Assembly: GCF_001194135.2 (NCBI RefSeq)
Contig: NC_068990.1
Coordinates: forward strand, 71,845,128 to 71,909,127
Direction of reading: 5' to 3'
DNA: 64,000 nucleotides
Source of the DNA: Octopus bimaculoides
Lineage: Eukaryota
In this document: positions 1 to 12,599 of the stretch, in pieces
Position numbering within the stretch: the stretch's first letter is position 1
How the letters are laid out: every line of letters begins with the position of its first letter
Translations under genes and position numbers: made by a program
The notes under the pieces: model-generated
Database searches by the model: none
The model's input: the letters and a program-made list of their open reading frames with translations, nothing else
What the model was told of the DNA's origin: nothing

Positions 1-249
1 GATGAATACTTACTACGAAAACATTTTTGATCAAAACTTTTCAAGTTTTCTTTATGATATGTACATCTTTTTACTGGCAAAAGTTATATATATACATATA
101 TATACACACATGCACACACATAGGTGCAGATGTAGCTATGTGGTTGAAAGCTTGCTTCCAAACCATATGTTCTTGGGAAAAGACTAATAAGAAAAATATT
201 AATAAAAAAAAATGATTAAATTCAAACACAGTTATATCTTCAAAATATA

Positions 250-605
250 GATATGATAAGAAGTTTGCTTCCCAACCATATGATTCTAGGTTCAGTCCTA
301 CAGTGTGGTAACTTAGACTAATATCTTACACTATAGTGCTGGATCAACCAAAACATTCTCAGTGGATTTGGTAGATGGAAGCACATGTGTGTGTGTGTGT
401 TTTATGTATCCCTGACTTGACATCTCACGATAGTTGTAAAACGAGAGTAATATTCATGCAATATTCTATGAAAATGTGCATGGTAACCAGGGAAATAGTA
501 CCTGATAGTTAGTGAATTGAAGGGCATCCAGCCATAGAAAATACACCTTAACAAATTCCATCCAAACCATGTGAGCACGGCAAAGTGGACTTTATAAAAA
601 CAATG
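250..605 (+). mobile_element. tRNA-headed SINE (family A) with (GT)n linker and RTE-like 3' tail
   Basis: Head gataagaagtttgcttcccaaccatatg..ggttcagtcc, CORE-like segment, gtggatttggtagatggaa(gt)n, tail gaagggcatccagccatagaaa; the same motifs recur at 8345, 33225, 36745, 39245, 40580, 44945, 49820. Confidence 0.75.
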
Positions 606-639
606 AATATCAACACACACACATCACACACAAAAGGCA

Positions 640-792
640 AGCTTCTACACAGCTTCTGGTTACCAAATTCATCTAACAAAGCACTGATCAGCCCAAAACT
701 ATGGTAGGAGGCACTCACCCAAGGTGGCATTTAGTGGAACTGAACTCAGAAAAGTGTGGTTATGAGGTAAGCATTTTAACTTCACAGTTATG
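640..792 (-). mobile_element. Family A SINE 5' half, reverse orientation
   Basis: Reverse complement of the family A head (..taccaaattca..gcactcacccaagg..gtggaactgaactc..aagcattttaac); similar copies at 8990-9090, 23830-23995, 37780-37905, 41450-41600. Confidence 0.7.
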
Positions 793-1913
793 ACTGTGGG
801 ATTAATCTGAATGTTCCCCAAATTTACAGTGTAGTAATTAGAGATTAAATATACCTATTTGTGGAGAAGGATGGAGGTACTGAGGGTTTTGAGATATTAG
901 AGGTAGATATGCTTTAAATTATTAAGCAAGACATGTAGATTTAGAACCTAAATTGTTATGGCTGGGCATTATTTTGAAAGAGATTGTTAGATGACTGCAC
1001 AAGACATATCAAATCTAATCAGCTAATTGTGCAAACAATTAAATAAAGAAATCGATAGAGTATGAAATGAATAAATACATAGAACAACAAATAAATAAAT
1101 AGATTACAGTGAACAGTAATTTAAAAGAAAATTCAGTTCCAGCTAAATTCCCAAATGTTGATCAACTAATAGATTTTGACACAGCATCAAGAGAATATTC
1201 AGTGGATACCAAGAGAAAGAGTAAAAATATAACATAACAAAAGAAAATGAAAATGAGCCAAGCAAAAATAAAAGCTAAATAAATTGAATAGAATTTCTAT
1301 TTCTTTTCTTTTTCCCCTTTTTGTTGCTTTTGTCTTTTTGCTGGAAAATAACAAATTGAATAATAGCAATTGTCAGTGTTCAGTCAAAAATAAAAGATGG
1401 ATGCTATTGTGTTACTGTGATCACTGACAATGTAAATCCAAAGGACTGTGACAAACAGAAGAAAAGCAAGAGATTGTAATAAAAGAGGATTTTTAATAAA
1501 AATTCTTGAAAGTTGAGAGTTGGGTGGTTGGTTGGGTGGTGGGTGGGTTGGTGCAGTGATGTGAATATCTCAGTCATTTGCAACACTGCCTTGAATATCA
1601 CACAAGAGATAAAATGGACAATAAGATATTAAGTCAATCTAATGTAAGGACAGAATGCATAAGAAACATAGATAAATTTATACTATGGTTACTTACTACC
1701 ACTACAACCACCATTACCACTACTATATAATATCCTGTTAGGTTGTTCCGTGTGATTGGAACTTAGACATCATTGGTCATATATTTCTGTTCATTACTAA
1801 AGGGTTAATGAGATGGTAGAAGCGGAACCACTAGCGTATCAGACTCAATTCCTTCAAACGTTTTTAGTGTCGATTCTATACATTCAGAAGTTAAAAAACA
1901 TCACACGACTCAC

Positions 1914-1987
1914 CCTTTCATTACTTCAAAAGTGATAAAACAAAAGTACCGATCACGTATTGATGTTAACTTAACTTGAAACAACCC
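1914..1987 (-). CDS. Candidate 74-nt internal exon (GLFQVKLTSIRDRYFCFITFEVMK)
   Basis: Strong donor AAGG|gtgagt, acceptor ttaatttgtag| with CTAAT about 22 nt upstream, one open frame, locally CpG-retaining unique DNA; no homology recognised. Confidence 0.15.
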
Positions 1988-2487
1988 CTACAAATTAACC
2001 AGCTTGTATTAGTGTGAAATACACACACACACATACAAAAATAGAATTTGTTGAAATATTAGTGATTTCTTGCATTTCCTCAAAGCCTCAGATCTTATAA
2101 ACAAATGACAAAAGGGATGTCCTGACATCATTACCTCTACAAATGCTATTAATCAACATTAATTCAAATGGTTACCAGCTGAGAATCGAAACCCCAAGTC
2201 ATAGATTTGACTTAAACAAGCATTCACTCACTTCCACTATATGACAACACTGATAGTAACAATGGTTCCTTAATGATAAAGATCAGAGTAATGACACTTA
2301 CAATGAAATACTGTGTATTCATCCACACAAATTCTGGAAACCTGATGGAAATTCAAAGAGAATAAAAGACGCTTTCTAGATGGAGATTGCAAATGATTGG
2401 AAACAATTCATTTGCAGTCTAATGACAGTGGCGTAGAATGCTACAGCGATAAGTAAATTCAATAACATGCAAGAAATTAGGATATCA

Positions 2488-2577
<90 letters not shown>

Positions 2578-2893
2578 ATCAAATATATACATGTATATAT
2601 ATATATATATATACATATATATACACACACACACACACAAATATATACATGTATATATATATGTACACACACACACACACACATACACACACACACAAAT
2701 ATATACACACACAAATATATAGATATATATACATACAGATGTATACACACCTATATACACACATGCACACATATATACAATTATACAAATGTATATATAC
2801 ACACATGCAACTCTCTCCCCATACATATAATATAAACATACAGACATATATACATAGTGCACACACTCACATTCAAAGTTTTTCTATACATAT

Positions 2894-2931
<38 letters not shown>

Positions 2932-2970
2932 TCATGTCTTTCTATACACATGCATACACACACACACACA
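2488..2970. repeat. Compound (TG)n/(TA)n/(CA)n microsatellite
   Basis: Directly visible; source of the [12 protein letters not shown] ORFs. Confidence 0.98.
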
Positions 2971-3082
2971 TAATTAAGATGTATGCTATAGAAAGTACTT
3001 TCAGAATTACAGACAAGTTTGGCTGAATTAGAATATGTGAGGCTGGCTTAGATGCAGTCGTAAATTGCGTTAAAGAAAGTTA

Positions 3083-3124
<42 letters not shown>

Positions 3125-3870
3125 TGCTATTCTATGTATGGCATGTGTCTAATTCAATAAACACATTATAAACTCTAATATGATAATGAATGGAAAGCTA
3201 GTTAATTGAATTGCTACTGCTGTCCTGCATCTAGGGTATATATATCACTAGAAGGTTATATAACCTGGAGTTAGAACTTTTGGCATCCTCTGAAATAACA
3301 CGATGACAGGAAGATGAGGAAATTGAGATATAAGATGATGATGATCAAGTAAAGGTAGAGAGAGAGAGAGATGGGGGAGGGGAACAGATACATAAAGAGA
3401 TAAACAGAGAGGGGGAGAGAGAGGTGAATAGTAAGAATAGAGAGAAAAGGTAAAGCAAGTGAAAGAGAGAAGAGCAAAAGAAAAGCACTGACAGGGTGAA
3501 AGAAAAACAGCTGAAGTGTGAGAGTGGGAACAATTTTCTGTGTGTGTGTGTGTATTAAGATGTATTAATAGATTTATGGACTAATGGATTCATAAATCAT
3601 TCACTTCTGAGCAGAGTATTACAATGTTTTCTTTTCATACATCTACAATATAATTACTCTCCTCCTACTTATCTCTTTCTCTCTCCTGCTAATATGACAA
3701 CGATCTATGCTTGCCGTTAACTGTCAGTCAGAATAACCTCAATGAAGTAGAAATATATAGGTAACCAGAAACCTCAAAATAAAGCCAGTGGCTAGCTTAA
3801 AGCAATCGAGCTTTAATAGGCTAATAGTTTAGGGTTGTTATAGGGAAGTTTAGCTGGGTTATTTAGATAG

Positions 3871-4043
3871 CTCAGTGAAAAGTTATCAGACGTCTTGGCA
3901 ATCATTAACAGAAGGCTTAGCAATTATTATCAAAAGGCTCGGTAATCATTATCAAAAGGCTCGGTATCCATTATCAAAAGGCTTGCCAAATACTATCAGA
4001 GAGCTTGACAATCATTATCAGAAGACTTGATAGACACTCTCAG
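3871..4043. repeat. Degenerate 22-bp minisatellite (about 8 units)
   Basis: Units cttggcaatcattaacagaagg / cttagcaattattatcaaaagg / ctcggtaatcattatcaaaagg / ctcggtatccattatcaaaagg / cttgccaaatactatcagagag / cttgacaatcattatcagaaga. Confidence 0.9.
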
Positions 4044-4289
4044 ATGGAGAATGATAGCATTTACCAATCCTTTGTCATTGATGAATAAATGCTATCAAAT
4101 GTCTTGACAAATACCATCATATGGATTGGCACACTATCATACTAAAGTTATCTGATATCTTTAGTACGAAGGAAAAAAGTGATATTAAATTAACTATTTT
4201 ATTTATGATGTGATTATTATTAAACACTCATAGAAGATTACAATTCTTTAACTTGCCTGAATGTTGTAATGGGAAAGAGTTAGAGAGCA

Positions 4290-4545
4290 GTTGGCCATTG
4301 ACAGAATCCAGAAAGATGACAGTACTTATGTGGATTAGCAATGTGAATGGATGATGAATGATGAATGCAACAGTGACAAGGGCTGACAGGGGAAGATAGT
4401 AGTTTCTAAGGATATCTGTATAAACAAATTATGAGGAGCCTGCTGTAGAGGATGGCCAAAGACATGAATAGAAGTGGCCAATGCTGAAATCTGGAAACTG
4501 AACTTCACAAAAGACCACACAGTACTATAGAAAAACTCACCCAAT
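4290..4545 (+). mobile_element. Highly degenerate RTE-type LINE 3' ORF fragment
   Basis: Translates to GACCRGWPKT*IEVANAEIWKLNFTKDHT, resembling the RTE C-terminal GxRGRPKKTWxEVV..DL..LNLT seen intact at 43045 and 52093. Confidence 0.4.
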
Positions 4546-5314
4546 CCATGCAAACATAGAAAAATGTACATAAAATGATTATGATTAGTAACTATTTCTT
4601 CAAGCCACCTAATAGGCTGAAATATGCATTCAAACTATTGATCTTTACCAATGTATACACTATTCACAGCTGGTTATAATCAAGCAGATATTTTAGTTTA
4701 TATGCTAGCTTGGTGAGACACACAACAGTTCATGCTGTCTCCAGGCGATTCCATAATTGAAAATGTCACTTCAGAAGTTTTATTTAAATGTGCACAAGAG
4801 AAAATAAAATAAAACACACATACTTTCAATTATTATCTATTCTAAGAACATATTATTGTGAGTGTGAAAAGATTCCAGTTGGAAATAATTAAACAGTAAT
4901 AGAATGGGTTTTAGCAAATTCTTAACTAAAAACATATTAAATAATAGATGTAAGCTAAATCTGGCTCAAAATACTGAAATTGAGAACAAGCTTGGAGTTC
5001 TTTAGTCATAAATATTTATGGACTTATAGGATTGGAAAATAAATCATTTAAATAATAGTTTAAATATTCCACTGGAAATGGCAGTGCCAATCAAGAAACT
5101 TGGTGAAGAATCTTTATATTGAATATTTAGAAAATGTATTCCCAGATATGGTAATAATTCTAAATGAAAAACTCAAATCAGAAATATATCTTCTTAGAAA
5201 ATAGCTGAAATAGTGCACATTACTTCATTTAACCATATGTGTGTATGTGCATATATATGTATATATATGTTATAATGGAATAATTACTATGAAGCATTGT
5301 GTAGAATATATTGC

Positions 5315-5718
5315 ATAAAAGATTGTGGGTAAGGCCAAAACAATGCAAAGTAAATGCAAGGTAAATCACAAGAAAACAAATATGTGAATTAATGTAGACT
5401 TACCTTGTATTGAATATGTCAGGGTTATGACCCCATTTTCAAGAAATTTATGAATCTTGCCGATGTGCATGTGCATGAGTGTGTGTGGAGTGGACATGCT
5501 CAGAAGGGCGTTGCAGGAACCAGCTGGTTGCTATAGCAACACCCTTCTGCACATGTCCACTCCATACATGCTCACACACATCGGCTACATTCATCAATTT
5601 CTTGAAAATGGGGTCATAACCCTGACATATTCAATACAAGGTAAGTCTACATTAATTCACATATTTGTTTTCTTGTGATTTACCTTGCATTGTTTTGGTC
5701 TTACCCACGACCTTTTAT
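5315..5718. repeat. ~400-bp foldback palindrome (MITE-like), right end lost in gap
   Basis: 5353-5448 is the exact reverse complement of 5596-5691 (96 bp); arms continue with mismatches out to 5315/5718 and in to the centre aaccagctggtt (5518-5529). Confidence 0.95.
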
Positions 5719-5901
5719 NNNNNNNNNNNNNNNNNNNNNNNNNNNNNNNNNNNNNNNNNNNNNNNNNNNNNNNNNNNNNNNNNNNNNNNNNNNNNNNNNN
5801 NNNNNNNNNNNNNNNNNNNNNNNNNNNNNNNNNNNNNNNNNNNNNNNNNNNNNNNNNNNNNNNNNNNNNNNNNNNNNNNNNNNNNNNNNNNNNNNNNNNN
5901 N
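5719..5901. other. Assembly gap (others: 14023-14274, 33931-34531, 35756-35931, 58837-58854)
   Basis: N runs, mostly flanked by microsatellites. Confidence 1.
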
Positions 5902-6197
5902 GTGAATTATTCAAACCCAAATAATTCCTCTCAACATATGGCTATGATGTACCTCAACAACTCCTGCTCATGATCAGAGGTGCACATATTGTCAGCCACT
6001 AAAGGACATGCTCAGCTGGTTAAGAAAACGACAAGCAAAACTGTGGTATTGAGCAGAATATTTGTTGTAGCCCATCTTTTAAACAAAGGTAAAACATGTA
6101 CATGTTACCACTTCCAATCAGTCAAGATCAGAAACCATGATAGCCACTGTCTGGTACTGCATCAGGGTGTTATAATCATCATCATTATTATTATTAT

Positions 6198-6890
6198 TAA
6201 GGCAACAAGCTGGCAGAATTGTTAGTGTGCTGGACAAAATGCTTAACAGAATTTCACCTATTGCTACATTCTGAGTTCAAATTTCACAGAGGTCAACAAA
6301 ATAAGTACCAGTTGAACACTAGGGTTGTTGTAATCGACTCATACCCTCCTCCAAAATTGCTGCCCTTGTGGCAAAATTTGAAATCATCATTATTATTATT
6401 ATTTAGGCAGTGAGCTAGTAGAATCATTAGGACGTCGAACAAAATGCTCAGTGGCATTTTGTCCATCTTAATGTTCTCAGTTTAGATTCTGTCATAGTCA
6501 GCTTTTCCTTTCAGGGTTGATAAAACAAGTAACAGTTGAGCACTCGGGATCAATATAATCGTCGTCGTCGTCATCATCATCATTTAACGTCTGTTTTCAT
6601 GCTGGTATGAGTTGGACAGTTTGACACGAACTGGCAAGCCAGAGGGCTGTACCAGGCTCTAGTCATCTGTTTTGGCATGGTTTCTATGGTCGGATGTCCT
6701 TCCTAATGTCAACCACTTTACAGAGTGTACCAGGCACTTTCTACATTGTACCGGCACAGGTGCTTTTAACATGGTACCAACTAGGCAAGTACTGGGGTCG
6801 ATGTAACCAACTTCACCCTGCCCCTCAAAAACTACTGGTACTGAGCCAAAATTTGAAACTATTATTATTATTATTATTATTATTATTTAT
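6198..6890 (+). mobile_element. Tandem chain of family D SINEs ((TTA)n-flanked) with a reverse family E retroposon nested at ~6575-6778
   Basis: ttattaaggcaacaagctggcagaattgttag..ctgagttcaaatttc..ataagtaccagttga repeated; second copy interrupted by catcatttaacgtctgttttcatgctgg.. and resumes at ~6779, ending in (tta)n. Confidence 0.75.
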
Positions 6891-8344
6891 AGTACTTCAT
6901 GAACAATAGCTTTGTTGGACATTTAAGCTCTAAGAGTGATCCAACAGGTCATACAATGGTTTTTCTGCATCCTCCACCAAAGCATTTAAATTGTCTACCT
7001 TGAGGTTGAGGACTAACAATAACAACAATAACAGCAGCAACAATACCACCACCTTCACCTACAGAGAAAACATATTTTAGTAAAAATCATATGATTGAAA
7101 CTGTATAGAAATCCCAACTACTACTAACATAACAATATAACAAATATAACATTGCTGAAAGAACCCATGCTGATCTTCTAATGCATTGATTTTTCTCAAA
7201 CACTAACCATGTACAAAAGCAAAGAAACAAATTGGAAAAAGTAAAACAGACTACAGAACTAAAGAAAGAAATTAAATGTGCTGCTGCGTGCCTGATTCTG
7301 CAAGGATTTTCTTCTCTGTCTTCAACACCAATTGAATATCTCATTGATCAGGAAATATTCAGTGTTTGATGTAATTTATGTGCAGTTTTGTGGCAGATTT
7401 TTCACACGAGAAAAATATAAAGTAAAATAAATAACACCCCTACAATTTCAAAAAAAAAAATAAAATAAAAACCAAAAAATTATAGGCAGGCAGAAGTAGT
7501 AAAAGAAAACAAAATTGCTAGAAAAAGTTATTTAATTTAAGAATATACACCACTAAAATAGAAACTTTACTAGGTATATATGTATAAATATACATATATA
7601 AAAGAATACACACACAAACATGCACACAAATATATAGTAAATTTTCAATTTAGCAATGCATATTTATATTTTTAAAAGATTTTATATGTACATATATATA
7701 TATATTATATATATTTATAGTCAAAATAATCACTTAGAATTAAAACTAGTTGTCACTTTATGTATTTTTAATTCACTATAAATAGATTTTTTTTCACTAT
7801 TTCTAGTAGTATGGTAGCATATCTTGTTTAAGGGAATGGTATTGAAGAAAGTTCAATGATGTGTTATATGAACTGCAGGCCTCTTTAAAAACAAATACAA
7901 ACTAAACTTGCAAATGAACACGCAAAATGTAAACTAAATGAACTCAAAAATTAAATTATCCGAATCAATATGAAAGTTATAAAAAAAAGAGTAAAAAAAA
8001 AGCAGAAGAAATGAAGAAAGAAGTACGCATTTCCATTAGCTGTAACATTAACAAATTTCTAATTTAAATACAATTTAATATGATTGCATATAATTAATTA
8101 TTTTTGATATGAGACCTCATTGAAACCTTACTAATTAGTGGATAAAATTGTCTGGAAATGATTTGCAAGAAAATTAGGGAAAACAAAGTAAAGATTACTT
8201 GATTTTCTATTTTATTTTATACTAAATCTAAAGCATATTAAATTTTAAAATTATAAAAATATGTATAACTTACTGGTTAGAGTATTAAACTAATAACACA
8301 TTAAATCTATAAAGAACAGAGAATTCAGTCATGTTTTACTGGTA

Positions 8345-8897
8345 TAGGTATGGCTTTGTGGTTGTGAAGCTTACTTCCCAGCTATGTGGTCTTGGATTCA
8401 GTCCCATGTGTGGCATCTTGGGTTAATGTTTTCTTCTATAGTCCTGGGCCAATCAAAGACATGTGAGTGGATTTGGTGGATGGAAACTGATAGAGAGGGG
8501 TGGGGTGGGGTGCGTGCGTGTGTGTGTGTACACTTGTTTTGACATCATATGTTGATTGAAAACAGGTGTCACAATCATACAAGTGATGTTCATTTCTAGT
8601 CTTTCATGAAAACACAGAATGTCAATGTTCTTATGCACACACACACACACACAGACATATACATGTGTGTGTGTGTATTTATTACACACAAACACGTGGT
8701 GACCTCAAGAGTGTTGGTGGCACAACAAAGGTACCCAGTACACACTGTAAAGTGACTGTGATAGGAAGGGCATCCAGCCATAGAAGCCATGCCACAGCAG
8801 ACACTGGAACACAATGCAATCTTTCGACTCATCAGATCATTGTCAAACCATCTAACCCATGCCAGCATGGAACATGGATGTTAAATGGTGATGATGT
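8345..8897 (+). mobile_element. Long family A SINE with RTE-like tail
   Basis: tRNA-like head, (GT)n, gtgataggaagggcatccagccatagaa..ccatctaacccatgccagcatggaac..gttaaatggtgatgatg. Confidence 0.75.
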
Positions 8898-9560
8898 CAA
8901 TGATATCAGTGTGTGTGCATGTGTGTTTATATGTGAATGGTCTTCTTTCAATTTCCAGCAACCAAATCCATTTATGGTTTTAGTCAGCCTGGGGTTATAA
9001 TAGATAATACTTATCCAGGGTGTCACAGCATGGGACTTTACCAAAACCATGTGGTTGGGAAGCAAACTTCTTAACCATACAATCATGCCTGTACTTATTA
9101 ACATGACAAATGTAAAAAAAATATCAAAAGTGGATATTGCTGATTGTTGAACTAACTGTATTACAATATTTAATTTTGTGTTTTTCTTTGTTGATGCTGC
9201 ACTTACTTTTTACTTATCAAGCATTGATAAAATAAGTAGCAATAATATGGTAAATTCAAATCCTCTGATATCATATACCCTTCTCATATATAATTGGATT
9301 TATACTTTAGAAATGATTTCACTTGAATTAAAATAAACATTTATTTCTCATAGAAACTTTTCATATGTCATCGGATTAAACAACTTCAAAATTTTAAGCA
9401 ATGGCATTCAACATTTGTTCAATGTTGATTTACTACATATCTCTATTAACAGAGAGCAAGAAATTATGGAATTATAAGTGGTCTATCTTAATCATGTAAG
9501 TAAATTAGTAAATCTCAATCATATATAGTTTATACTTGAAGTTCATATTAATTATTTGTA

Positions 9561-9740
9561 GGGGGAGAATTCACAAAAAAAAACAAGACGAAGACAGGTG
9601 GTGTAGACAACAACCAGATGTATTAATATAACGCTCGGGAAGTGAAAAAGTCTTTAACGTTTTGAGCCTACACTCTTCCACAGAAAGAAACAAGGAGAGA
9701 AAATAAAGAATGTGTAGTGGCTAGTGATCCATCATGGCAA
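9561..9740 (-). mobile_element. Penelope-like terminal fragment with 11-bp target-site duplication
   Basis: Flanked by aattatttgta at 9550-9560 and 9741-9751; minus strand carries ctgtggaagagtgtaggctcaaaacgtt, resembling a decayed TGAAGA-stem-GAAAC motif of Penelope termini. The TSD is seen directly; the family call is inference. Confidence 0.5.
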
Positions 9741-11234
9741 AATTATTTGTATCATGCAATATGTTTTTAATATTTAAGATGTATATTATAAAGCTTAAAT
9801 CAGACCTCTTTAACATAATTATTTCTTACATGTTAGAGCTGAGAATTTTAAAGATGAAGCCAAGACTACAAAATTACAGATGTAGTTAGGTTGAAGGTAG
9901 CCAATATAAATAACAGCACAGACAACTAAATATTTATCTCTAATTAGTGTGACATCTCTCATACTTCAGAAGTTTCTATTAAGTATGACCTTTCTCAACC
10001 TACAAATTCATCATCTACTATGAACAATTTGAGGTTCATAACCTTTGGAGAAAAAACATTTACAGCCATTAAGTTGTTTACTCAAGTTTTATTCTGAGAA
10101 ACACAACTATATATTTGAATAATTACTGTTCTTTTACAGTGAAATTTCACAAAACTTTGATAAACATGTTAAAAATACATTAAAAAATGTCATACTTCCA
10201 AATTTTTTAACTTAAATGAAATAGAAAAAAAATTACTTTTTCTGTTAAACATATCCAATGAATATATATTCTAAAGACGATGTCCACTAAAAATATACAT
10301 TAAAGACATCTAACAAAGAAATATGCTAAAGATGGCTAAAGAAGCACTAAGTTGAAAATCTTTAGCTGTAGTTTCTCTGTCTCCTTTTACATTTATTATC
10401 TCCTCACTCTTAAACATGAAACCAGAATTCTTAACTTTATTAATTCACTTCTAACAATGTGATTCTTATCAAAATACATGACTGAATAAGCATCTGTTAT
10501 AAGAATTTGTGTGTATGCTGTGTTGTGCATTGTGTGCGTTGTTTGTGTGCAGGTACTGAGTGATTAATGAAGAGTTACTGTTCTATATGGAAGACAAAAA
10601 TTGATTAATAACCAAATGGACATTTGCTCAGTAAACAGATATTTTAGCACTGATGAAGCTACTGAACCGAAGTCATGCAAACAGAGCAAGCTAACAGCTG
10701 AATAGGTGTTTGTAATTAATTTATTTAATTTATTCTACGAACTAATTCAATAATCATAACAAAAAGTGAAAAAACTATTTAATTTAAATCATTACAAGTA
10801 TTCAATTTCTTGTATATAATATATGTATATATATATATATATATATTTGCTTTTTCCAAGATGTGGCTTAACTTTAATTATTATCACATCAATTAATTCA
10901 TGACCACCAACAGTTAAAAGATAATCTTATTTTGCTGCCTTTAGAAATCTTTAAATCCGTGTTCATATCTAAATTAACAGACAAGGCCAGTAAGTTTATC
11001 TGTGAAATGCTTCAAGCAATATTCTCAGGTAATGATTGAAGGAAATTTCAAATGCTTGTTTCCTGATTCCAAAACTACTTCTAAGTCTACAAAGATCTTC
11101 CTCAACATATGGAACCATACAATAATTTGAACATACCCCAAAATGGCAATCTCTCTGACAGTGTCATCTAGTGATGATGTACTGCCACGTAGTGCATCTG
11201 CTTTGCAGTGCTTCTCCCCTGTTCGATTTTTGCA

Positions 11235-11926
11235 ATGGCTGAAATGAAGGAACGGTCTGCTTCCATGAAATTCTGCTTTCTGCTGGGGAAAATGGCCGAA
11301 ACTGTTGTCATACTTCAAACAGCTTACAAGGACACTGTCACGAGCAAAACAAGCTTATGAGTGGTTTTCACACTTTAGGAATGGTCACTTGTTACTTGAG
11401 GACCAACCTCATTCAGGGCCACTGTTAACCCCACCAAACGAATGAAAGCATGAAAATTCATGAATTGATCTCAGAGGACCATCACTGAACAATTGACAAA
11501 CTTGTTGATATGACTGGTGTGTCCTGGAGCTCCTGCCAATGAATTTAGAGTGAGGAATTGCGAATGAAAAGAGTTGCAGCAAAATTTGTGCCTCGCTTGC
11601 TCATGGACGATCAAAAGTAGTCATGACTGAATGCGCGTTGTGAACTGAAAGAACAGTTGGAAGTTGATCTGGACCTTTTTTTCAAAGGTCATCACAGGTG
11701 ATGAAAGCTGGTGCTACAGAATTTGCAAATGTGGAAGGGGTGAAGAAAAAAACAATAGAGGCATTAAAAGGCATCACTTCACAAGAGTTGCAGCAATGCT
11801 TCCATCTGGACTGATGCATTGCTTCAAATGGAAACTACTTTGAAGGTAGTAAAAGTGTAAACATGTAAAACTTAGTGAATAGAATAATATTGCAATATTC
11901 CAGTTTCTTTTGTGTACCCTCTCATA
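11235..11926 (+). mobile_element. Mariner transposase pseudogene with internal deletion and 3' TIR
   Basis: MAEMKERSASMKFCFLLGK..YEWFSHFRNG..LEDQPHSG..MKRVAAKFVPRLL..KVITGDESWCY joined directly to C-terminal VKKKTIEALKGI..CIASNGNYFEG; ends ttccagtttcttttgtgtaccctctca-TA; many stops and frameshifts. Confidence 0.9.
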
Positions 11927-12599
11927 TACTTCATCCACCAAATCCTGCACTAAAGATTTTGCTTGATTCTCTCCAAGATGAACTGCAGCATTCTGGAATT
12001 TTATCCCTACAACATTGATAGAAAGGTAAAGGGGTGATGACCTATCTTTTAGCTACAGATGTACTATCTCCAACTTTAATAGAGACTCCACTGACTCATA
12101 GCAGACAGAGTTCTCAGTAACACACGAAGTTAGTGACAGCATAATTAAAGGGGGTTGAGAGAGATGAAAATTGTTTAGAGAACTATTATCTCCATTCTTG
12201 AGAAAGGGTCGATTGCCAAACAAACAAAATAACACAACACAACAAGCAAGAAGTGGCATTGAAAGAAGAGGAGTAATACACAGGATTTACATTGATTTTT
12301 ATTTCTTAATGTTTAGTTAGCTGCAAGTCAGCTCTGAGTGAACAAGCTTATAATCAAAGATGTGCCAGCTATGACATTACCATCTCCTTTCCAGACAGTA
12401 ATTTGACTACATTATCTCATTCCACTCCTACTCACACTTTTCTTTTGTAATAATAGGGTATGATCTCAAATAAAATTTACCTGCTATTTCTAGCACATTG
12501 AATGATCTCTTAGACACTCCCTTGCTGGTTCAACTACAGTGATTAAAGATGAATTTGATATGCACATCTTAACTGGTTGAATTTGAATTTTAATTGAGA

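Noticed and set aside
2376-3026. Long ORFs of 95-179 aa
   Set aside because: Stop-free microsatellite read-through (YI/HT/CV repeats); likewise at 19250-19529, 35439-36052, 42784-43169, 54341-54628 and 57671-57937
3871-4043. CRISPR-like periodicity
   Set aside because: Contiguous tandem units with no unique spacers, eukaryotic context and no cas genes
5657-5973. ORFs spanning N runs
   Set aside because: Artefacts of assembly gaps; likewise at 13950-14492 and 33902-34564
7087-7369. Minus-strand ORF 7087-7344 and a 59-codon ATG-less plus-strand frame 7190-7369
   Set aside because: No usable splice sites and no recognisable motif; could be UTR-like sequence
10640-10680. CTGATGA motifs at ~10647, 13236, 31191, 48187 and 59271 as hammerheads
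   Set aside because: No properly placed stem II-GAAA-stem III or stem I pairing
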